Shown here one piece after another: positions 27,958 to 33,400 of a DNA stretch of 33,400 bases. Position 1 is the stretch's first letter. Each line of letters begins with the position of its first letter. Made by a program: the position numbers and the translations under genes. This DNA comes from a virus (lineage: Duplodnaviria > Caudoviricetes): positions 1-33,400 of IMG/VR virus record IMGVR_UViG_3300044676_006230; one strand, written 5' to 3'. The notes beneath the pieces were generated by a model. That model was not told where the DNA came from and did not search any database. It saw only the letters and a program-made list of their open reading frames with translations.

Positions 27958-28621
27958 GGTCGCTTTTTATAGGGATAGACTTGTCCGCCGCAAGAGCTTG
28001 TCGCTCAACCTTGCTTTCCATTGTTGTCAAAACATCGAAGATCTCGGTAGTCGTCTTGGTTTTGCTGTCATCAATACTCCAAGTCTTACGGTCCATAGAC
28101 TGAATGTTCTTAGACACCTCAGAGGCTACCTTGATAATTAGCATCTGTCGAAACGGATCCTTATGAGGATAAGCGCTGGCCCTGCCCATCGCCTCATACA
28201 GCATCTGACCTAACGTCTCGGTCGTGGCTTTATGTCGAGCTACCACATCCTCTATGGCCGCCGTAACCTCAACCTTGCTTTGCTCGACCTTTCGTCGGAT
28301 CTCGGCCCGAGCATGCTCGAGGATAGCAGAACTTGTTCCATCAGCAGATCGCTCCCAGTTGTATTTGCTTTTCCAACGATGGATCGTTCGGGCCGTAACG
28401 TCATGCCGCTGGGCCAAAAGCTTAACGGTTTCTCCTGATTCATATTCGGCCTGTATGATAGAACGAAGGACGCTGTTGATCGCCCCATGCGCCTCCTTGT
28501 GGGCAATCCGCTTCCCAGCAGGAATGTGGCCAGCCGGAACAATCGTGACTGCCTCTTCGGGATCGTAGTCTTCATAGGCCTCACTGGACACCGACAACTT
28601 CCCTGGTCTCTTCTTGGACAT
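27947..28621 (-). CDS. terS: Terminase small subunit (HTH)
   Basis: HTH YESGETVKLLAQRHDVTARTIHRWKSKYNW followed by helices, upstream of terL. Start moved to ATG 28621 (AAGGAG SD). Confidence 0.75.
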   Translation of the reverse strand: MSKKRPGKLSVSSEAYEDYDPEEAVTIVPAGHIPAGKRIAHKEAHGAINSVLRSIIQAEYESGETVKLLAQRHDVTARTIHRWKSKYNWERSADGTSSAILEHARAEIRRKVEQSKVEVTAAIEDVVARHKATTETLGQMLYEAMGRASAYPHKDPFRQMLIIKVASEVSKNIQSMDRKTWSIDDSKTKTTTEIFDVLTTMESKVERQALAADKSIPIKSDHGK

Positions 28622-29054
28622 CTGGCTCTCCTTTGCTGGCAAGATACTCTCGAGTCTTGTGGTCCGTGTCTTCGTGCATGATCAGATGAGCATCCTGAAT
28701 CCACATCGTAATTGCTTTAAGAATCGGAGCCAGGTTTTCTTCCTCGTTTGGGTCAAGCCCCATCAGCGTAGATCGAAGCGACTTGGTGCGGCGAATAAAC
28801 AAAGCCTGCTTTCTGACCATTGTCTTACTATGCCGTCCGTCCGTCAGCATAATTGGAACACCCGTCTCGTCCATGGTGATACCCCACAGCGCACGGACGT
28901 GCTGCTCAATGGTCATGTCCTTGGTTTCTTTGTGCAAGCGGCACTGGTCCAGACTCATCAGAACCTGGCTCATGCTTTCAGCGAATGCGCCCTCAAGTAG
29001 ATTACGGTTAAGCGTAGGCGTATGCTTAACGTCTTTGCGATTGCGTCCCATCAT
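28581..29054 (-). CDS. Hypothetical protein (157 aa), first gene of the late arm
   Basis: GGAGGT SD directly upstream. Overlaps the terS start. Confidence 0.7.
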   Translation of the reverse strand: MMGRNRKDVKHTPTLNRNLLEGAFAESMSQVLMSLDQCRLHKETKDMTIEQHVRALWGITMDETGVPIMLTDGRHSKTMVRKQALFIRRTKSLRSTLMGLDPNEEENLAPILKAITMWIQDAHLIMHEDTDHKTREYLASKGEPDVQEETREVVGVQ

Positions 29055-29165
29055 TACCTCCAGATGTCACTCTTTAGCGAAAAACTGTTCGACATAAAAG
29101 AGCATATATAGGGCTAGGTCGAGTTCTCCTGGAGGAGAGTCACCACTACCTCAATAGTTTTGATG

Positions 29166-29210
29166 GACCCTGTTGATCCATAGATATGGACCCAACAAGT
29201 CAACAGGGTC
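29166..29210. promoter_or_regulatory. Nested inverted repeat in the divergent intergenic region
   Basis: GACCCTGTTGA (29166..29176) and TCAACAGGGTC (29200..29210) enclose TCCATA-GA-TATGGA and abut the AGGAGG SD. Confidence 0.55.
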
Positions 29211-29223
29211 AGGAGGTTGCATT

Positions 29224-29592
29224 ATGAGCATGAATCTCAACTCAATCGAAGTACCAGCTAAAGCAGCTACGAAACGATTACCGCCCCTTCCTGGGAAGGA
29301 AGGGGACATGGTGAAAGTACTGTTCACACGAACAGTACCTCACCGTAACGGCACTGGATTCAAGATCCATTGCCGAGCCTCGAACGAAGAACAAGAGTTC
29401 TTCGCCGAGTGCCCAGTCTTCCAAGGAATGACTGGTATCGACATGCCCAGTGAGGGCATGCAACAAACCGTTCACGTGATCGAACATATGATCCGTGAAA
29501 AATCCCCGATGGTCTTACGACACACCGGGAAGAAAGGAGAGCTGCGTATGCCATACGCAGTCTACTCACGGATGTCCGAATGGGAATACTGA
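29224..29592 (+). CDS. Hypothetical protein (122 aa), apparently monocistronic
   Basis: AGGAGG at 29211..29216 places the start at ATG 29224. Followed by an intrinsic terminator. Confidence 0.75.
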   Translation: MSMNLNSIEVPAKAATKRLPPLPGKEGDMVKVLFTRTVPHRNGTGFKIHCRASNEEQEFFAECPVFQGMTGIDMPSEGMQQTVHVIEHMIREKSPMVLRHTGKKGELRMPYAVYSRMSEWEY

Positions 29593-29598
29593 CATCGG

Positions 29599-29632
29599 GA
29601 GGCAGCCGGCTAACGCCGGCTGTCTCTTTTTT
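29599..29632 (+). terminator. Rho-independent terminator
   Basis: GAGGCAGCCGGC-TAAC-GCCGGCTGTCTC followed by TTTTTT. Confidence 0.85.
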
Positions 29633-29682
29633 CATTAATGCTTACTATTACGGTAAACACTTTCCTATATGCTGTCGTTATC

Positions 29683-29718
29683 CACGTACACGATCACGAA
29701 CACGTACATATACACGTA
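29683..29718. repeat. Six degenerate tandem hexamers CACGTA CACGAT CACGAA CACGTA CATATA CACGTA
   Basis: Read directly from the sequence, in the largest apparently non-coding gap. Confidence 0.75.
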
Positions 29719-29804
29719 TGTTTTGGAACATAAGCACGTTGAACAGGGGCGTTATGTGTCTCCGGACACGACAGCTAAGGTACATATCTCAAACCAATTT
29801 CTCC

Positions 29805-29841
29805 CTGTCCCCCCCATCCATGGGTGGCGGGGGAGCCAGTT
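29805..29841 (+). repeat. Bulged poly-C/poly-G hairpin, family B copy 1
   Basis: CTGTCCCCCCCATC-CATG-GGTGGCGGGGGAGCCAGTT, similar to 32447..32480 and just upstream of an AAGGAG SD. Confidence 0.65.
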
Positions 29842-29869
29842 AGAAATTTAGCTTTAAGGAGTATAAGCT

Positions 29870-30337
29870 ATGGATAATATGATGAATGAAATCAATGAGT
29901 TGTTTGCAGAGATTACGCCGCAAGCGGAATTGGTTACGACCGAATACAGCTTTGTTGCACAGGGTGTAAAGATTACGAAGGAGTTACCTGAACAGTTCCT
30001 GATACGCCTCGTTGAATCCGAACGAAAGCTAGGATTACATGTCGCCACACAGGGACAGCTAGAACAGTTCGATGATGCTGTAGATGTCAACACCGACACT
30101 ATAGAGTGTATGTACTGTCATAGCCCTGAGGCTAGGATGGTTGGCGCTACCATCTTTACACGTTGGAATAAGCCAATGCAGGTATCAATGGAGATCGGTG
30201 AACGACTCGCCCCTGTATGTAACTGCTGTATGAAACTGGACTCCGAGAAACGTCCTGGACCTAATCACCAATTACCTCCCTCTGGTGATTTACTGTCATA
30301 CTCACGTGAGAATACACGAGAGAACTGGAGTTTCTAA
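29870..30337 (+). CDS. Early protein with a putative Zn-binding domain (155 aa)
   Basis: AAGGAG SD. CMYC...CNCC cysteine pairs. Confidence 0.75.
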   Translation: MDNMMNEINELFAEITPQAELVTTEYSFVAQGVKITKELPEQFLIRLVESERKLGLHVATQGQLEQFDDAVDVNTDTIECMYCHSPEARMVGATIFTRWNKPMQVSMEIGERLAPVCNCCMKLDSEKRPGPNHQLPPSGDLLSYSRENTRENWSF

Positions 30338-30388
30338 AAGGACAACGCCCCCCGTCAAAGACGGCGGGGGGCGTTGCCTTTTCTTTTT
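30336..30388 (+). terminator. Rho-independent terminator with C6/G6 stem
   Basis: CAACGCCCCCC / GGGGGGCGTTG stem with inner GTC-AAA-GAC and a 3' bulge, followed by CCTTTTCTTTTT. Confidence 0.75.
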
Positions 30389-30410
30389 ACACTACGGATT
30401 AGGAGTAGAG

Positions 30411-30704
30411 ATGTTAGTAGAAGATTTGATTCAACAGTTGTGTGACAGTCCTGATGATCTGATGGAAGATCTTAAGATTAAGTATGGAGTCTTAGTTAAA
30501 GAGCGAGACAATGTTCACATGCGTTTAGATAACTTAAAGAAAGTAATCCGTATTGTGACTGATGTCAGGGCTCGGCTTGCTCGTAACGAAGAAGAGATCG
30601 GTGCTCTGCATGAAGCGTTAAGCTATGCGAGCACGCACTCAGATGACGGAGAGATTGATCTCACGAATCTGTATGCGCTCACTGTACATTTGAAACCTTA
30701 TTAG
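30411..30704 (+). CDS. Hypothetical coiled-coil protein (97 aa)
   Basis: AGGAG SD places the start at ATG 30411. Confidence 0.7.
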   Translation: MLVEDLIQQLCDSPDDLMEDLKIKYGVLVKERDNVHMRLDNLKKVIRIVTDVRARLARNEEEIGALHEALSYASTHSDDGEIDLTNLYALTVHLKPY

Positions 30705-30741
30705 TCCCTATCCCTAAGCAAAGATTAGGGTAGTACATTCA

Positions 30742-30782
30742 CCCTATCCCCCTTCCCCCCTTTAGGGGGGGAGGGGATAGGG
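30742..30782 (+). repeat. Poly-C/poly-G hairpin, family A copy 3 (CCCTATCCCCCTTCCCCCC-TTTA-GGGGGGGAGGGGATAGGG)
   Basis: Long inverted repeat with no U-tract, preceded by a small CCCTAA/TTAGGG hairpin (30712..30730). Confidence 0.8.
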
Positions 30783-30812
30783 GTTATAGTCTTGTATATA
30801 TATGGAGGTCGC

Positions 30813-31166
30813 ATGAAGTTCAAAGTTGTTATCAATGTTTGCCATGGTGGGTTCGATTTATCTGAGGAAGCATTCGGTCTGCTGTCTAAGCGCACGGGCA
30901 AGACTCTTCATCAGCTTAACGATGAGTACATCTTTGGCGGTACAAGGAAAGACGGAGCGAGATCGTGCCCTGATCTTATCGCTATCGTTGAAGAGCTTGG
31001 CGTCGAGGCCGCAGCTTGCGAGGGCTACTCAGAGCTTGAGGTTGTTGAGCTTGAAGATCCTGTTGGTCGCTATGCGATCGACGAGTACGATGGATGGGAA
31101 AACGCTTACACTCCAGCGGAGATGAATAAACGTTGGTCAATTGCATTAAGCAAAGAAGGGAAGTGA
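30813..31166 (+). CDS. Conserved hypothetical phage protein (117 aa)
   Basis: KVVINVCHGGFDLS...R..PDLIAIVEELG...YAIDEYDGWE, a pattern recalled from a widespread phage family. GGAGG SD. Confidence 0.8.
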   Translation: MKFKVVINVCHGGFDLSEEAFGLLSKRTGKTLHQLNDEYIFGGTRKDGARSCPDLIAIVEELGVEAAACEGYSELEVVELEDPVGRYAIDEYDGWENAYTPAEMNKRWSIALSKEGK

Positions 31167-31168
31167 GC

Positions 31169-31384
31169 ATGGAACTAATCCGCACACCTAAAGATATGGA
31201 AGAGTTGTATGAACTCATTGGCGATATGCGTGGCACGGAAGCCGACCTATGTCGTGTTGCCATGATGGGTTTTCAACTTGGCCATAAAACCGGATGGAAG
31301 CACGCTCACAATAAATTGGTGGAGATGATTAAGCTCCATCAGACTGGGCCATTGATTCAAGTGAAGGAGCATGATGATGAGTAG
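31169..31384 (+). CDS. Hypothetical protein (71 aa)
   Basis: ATG 2 nt after the upstream stop, purine-rich SD-like sequence. Confidence 0.65.
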   Translation: MELIRTPKDMEELYELIGDMRGTEADLCRVAMMGFQLGHKTGWKHAHNKLVEMIKLHQTGPLIQVKEHDDE

Positions 31385-31757
31385 CTACTACGACCCACCT
31401 GAGGATGGCCCTGGTGCAATTGCTGGACCTGATTGGTGGGTGACTACCTATCAGCACAATGAACGTGACGAGGAGATCGTTACGGACCTCAATAAACTAC
31501 TCCATTGGCAGAGAACAGGTGGACCAGAAGATCCGAATCCGTTCCGAGCAATCATGGACTTAACCAAGGAAGGCTATGAAGTATTCATTAGGTACGGCTA
31601 CGCCTGGGCTATGGAAGAGGATGCTGATGAGTGGTTGTTCGCTAACTCATACGAGGATGCTCAAGGTGAGATAGGTGATCGCCATCTTCAAGAGTTTGAG
31701 GATGCGCAAGAGCGTGCTGTTGATACTGCAATGGAGGCTAAGTATGATCGAGACTAA
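31377..31757 (+). CDS. Acidic hypothetical protein (about 126 aa)
   Basis: AAGGAG SD before ATGATGATG; the third ATG has the best spacing. Confidence 0.7.
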   Translation: MSSYYDPPEDGPGAIAGPDWWVTTYQHNERDEEIVTDLNKLLHWQRTGGPEDPNPFRAIMDLTKEGYEVFIRYGYAWAMEEDADEWLFANSYEDAQGEIGDRHLQEFEDAQERAVDTAMEAKYDRD

Positions 31758-31965
31758 TTGGCGTGAGTCTGTATGGTACAGCCATCCAACCAAGGCAGGT
31801 GCCAAGGCACTAGAGATGTCAGAGAAATCTGCCGACTCTTTCTTTATCGTAAAGGATAATCGCACGGGCATGTTCGGTGTAGGTCAAGGGGCAGTCGAGC
31901 CATCATGGTGCCGATCAGCCCTTGGCTTCGAGCTTATCGCTGTCATCCATGCGAGAGCTAACTGA
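31744..31965 (+). CDS. Hypothetical protein (73 aa)
   Basis: GGAGG SD places the start at ATG 31744. Confidence 0.65.
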   Translation: MIETNWRESVWYSHPTKAGAKALEMSEKSADSFFIVKDNRTGMFGVGQGAVEPSWCRSALGFELIAVIHARAN

Positions 31966-32129
31966 TGGGTACTATCCACAAGCCAACGAAGAAAGTATGG
32001 CAAGGCATCCTTGTATTGTGGCGTGATAAATCTGGTAGCTTAAATCATTAAGAACAAAAACAACTCGACTCAGTACTACGGGCTGTCCAATGGGCGACTA
32101 ACATGGAGGTGCTTAATGAAAAGAAATGA
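31965..32129 (+). pseudogene. 54-codon small gene interrupted by an in-frame TAA at 32049..32051
   Basis: TGATG-coupled start. MGTIHKPTKKVWQGILVLWRDKSGSLNH*EQKQLDSVLRAVQWATNMEVLNEKK* would overlap the next gene's SD and start. Confidence 0.5.
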
Positions 32130-32442
32130 AATGTATGAGGCTACTGTTCGCATGATCGGTGAGCTTCACTGTCTCGAGCGTACCTTCTGGCACCAGGACT
32201 GGATCGAAGGGCTAACCCCTGACGATGCGATCAAGGTACATGATGCACTCAAGGCTGCGCACTATAACGTGTGCCAGCTACGCAATAGCATCAATCACTA
32301 TACCTTAGCCGGTGAGCCTGAAGAGCTAGAGCTAGAGGATGACGGCGAGTCACACCTGCGTGGTATGGAAGCCTTCGCTATGGGTGGCATGGATGCATAC
32401 AATGAAGCGCAAGGTTACGGTGTAGTTACATCGGATGATTGA
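32116..32442 (+). CDS. Hypothetical protein with acidic C-terminus (108 aa)
   Basis: GGAGGT SD and a clean ORF. Confidence 0.75.
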   Translation: MKRNEMYEATVRMIGELHCLERTFWHQDWIEGLTPDDAIKVHDALKAAHYNVCQLRNSINHYTLAGEPEELELEDDGESHLRGMEAFAMGGMDAYNEAQGYGVVTSDD

Positions 32443-32446
32443 TCCC

Positions 32447-32480
32447 CTGCCCCCCTCACTTGGGTGAGAGGGGGGCAGTT
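32447..32480 (+). repeat. Bulged poly-C/poly-G hairpin, family B copy 2
   Basis: CTGCCCCCC-TCAC-TTGG-GTGA-GA-GGGGGGCAG-TT followed by an A-rich leader and GGAGG SD. Confidence 0.7.
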
Positions 32481-32521
32481 GATAAATCAAATTACAAAAC
32501 AATTAAATGATGGAGGTTCAT

Positions 32522-32890
32522 ATGGCTGAGCAAGAGATGACGTTCGCTCAAGCGTATCATGCGCTCGAGAGTTGGTACTACTTTGTCGTGCGTGAGTACG
32601 CTGATATGTATGCGGATCAACGTGAAGAATCAGTGAAGTTGTTTATGGAACAGGAGGAGATCGATGACGAGGATGAAGTGGATCAGTGTGCTGTTGATGA
32701 GTACATGTATGAGTGGCTGCATGAAACACTCGATGGATCAGAAGAGGTTATCTACACCGCCAGATCCAAGGCTGTTTTACTCGCATCACCTAATGAAGAT
32801 TCCTATGCCGAAGAGATGGGCAGCGCACCACCTGATGTCCATGCCGCTGCGTTCTGGGCATTGCGCACTGACATCCTGGAGAGAACATGA
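32522..32890 (+). CDS. Ocr-like acidic DNA-mimic candidate (122 aa)
   Basis: 31 D/E versus 7 K/R by manual count. MAEQEMTFAQAY and WLHETLDGSEEVIYT resemble the T7 gp0.3 layout. GGAGG SD. Confidence 0.5.
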   Translation: MAEQEMTFAQAYHALESWYYFVVREYADMYADQREESVKLFMEQEEIDDEDEVDQCAVDEYMYEWLHETLDGSEEVIYTARSKAVLLASPNEDSYAEEMGSAPPDVHAAAFWALRTDILERT

Positions 32891-33096
32891 CCTGGAAGAA
32901 TAAAGGTAACTACAAACCTTACCCTGCATGGGCACTCAAGTATCCATGGATAAAGAAGGTGTGTGTTGTTTGCGGAATCAAACTGGGCGGGGCTGTGCCC
33001 CAGCCATTCTATAAAGAGTCGTTATGTTTCGGGTGTCCCGAGCCTAACGTGTCAGACCCCCAATGTAATATTCCTAAGGAGGAATCATGCCAGTAG
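32887..33096 (+). CDS. Small Zn-finger-like protein (69 aa)
   Basis: CVVC...CFGC, with ATGA overlap to the upstream gene. Confidence 0.65.
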   Translation: MTWKNKGNYKPYPAWALKYPWIKKVCVVCGIKLGGAVPQPFYKESLCFGCPEPNVSDPQCNIPKEESCQ

Positions 33097-33400
33097 TTAA
33101 TATCAATGGAAGCCTTACGATTAACGAGGAAGAGCTGAGTGACTTTGTCCGATCAGAGATTGATAGCTCTGACTTCGGCGAGATGATGAGCGACGCCGTA
33201 AGCGAAACCATGAACGAGTGGGACTTTGATCAGATGACATCTGACATCAATAACCTGGATGGTGTGACTGACCGTCACGATGACAGGCTTGATGATGTTG
33301 AGAGTGACATCGAGATGCTTAAAGAAGCAGTTACCAATCCATCTAATAAGCCGGATGATGAGACCATCAGCCCCGAGGTAGATGGTGCGCTAATCAGGCA
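33087..33400 (+). CDS. Acidic hypothetical protein, truncated by the window end
   Basis: AAGGAGG SD. MPVVNINGSLTINEEELSDFVRSEIDSSDF... stays open to position 33400. Confidence 0.75.
   Translation, partial: MPVVNINGSLTINEEELSDFVRSEIDSSDFGEMMSDAVSETMNEWDFDQMTSDINNLDGVTDRHDDRLDDVESDIEMLKEAVTNPSNKPDDETISPEVDGALIR

Noticed and set aside
275-29097. Numerous plus-strand and alternate-frame ORFs overlapping the late genes
   Set aside because: They are antisense or frame shadows of well-supported genes, with no recognisable motifs or convincing ribosome-binding sites.
29683-29718. CRISPR-like or mini-array interpretation of the repeats
   Set aside because: Units are 6 bp with no spacers, there are no 25-45 bp direct repeats, and no cas genes are present.
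29580-29851. Track ORFs 29580..29843 and 29669..29851 as genes
   Set aside because: They run across the terminator, repeat array or hairpin, lack a convincing SD, and their RTRSRTRT and TYTITNT tracts are just other frames of the hexamer repeat.
30742-30783. G-quadruplex or telomere-like (TTAGGG) reading of the G-rich tracts
   Set aside because: Each G-run has a complementary C-run and a compensatory base change is present, which favours Watson-Crick hairpins. TTAGGG is not tandemly repeated.
902-32051. Genome-wide TAA recoding, suggested by two TAAs followed by coding-like sequence (902..904 and 32049..32051)
   Set aside because: TAA cleanly terminates many genes (capsid, terL, endolysin), several with TAATG coupling, and long ORFs are intact under the standard code.

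Overview
Roughly 33 kb of a tailed dsDNA phage, most likely podovirus-type. No integrase, tRNA, rRNA or CRISPR array is visible. The minus strand (29054 to 52) is one tightly coupled late arm, in transcription order: hypothetical protein, terminase small subunit, BhlA-like membrane protein, terminase large subunit, scaffold, major capsid, small protein, P22-like portal, adaptor, nozzle, three tail proteins, three probable ejection proteins (one of 3130 aa), a LamG protein, an M15 peptidase endolysin, a holin-like gene and several very basic small proteins. The plus strand (29224 to the end) is an early-type arm of small, mostly acidic proteins, including an Ocr-like DNA-mimic candidate. The most striking feature is absent from the ORF track. 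The holin-like gene (902..1123) ends on an in-frame A_AAA_AAG slippery heptamer, and the -1 frame continues, with no start codon of its own, for 71 codons. That extension resembles a YadA-type four-stranded outer-membrane beta-anchor ending ...GTVGMKWRW. This suggests a frameshift-generated holin/outer-membrane fusion, a candidate unconventional spanin, although a one-base assembly error is the main alternative. Two dispersed families of poly-C/poly-G hairpins, a CACGNN hexamer array and several translationally coupled micro-ORFs also deserve follow-up. All product calls come from motif recognition by eye; no database searches were run.
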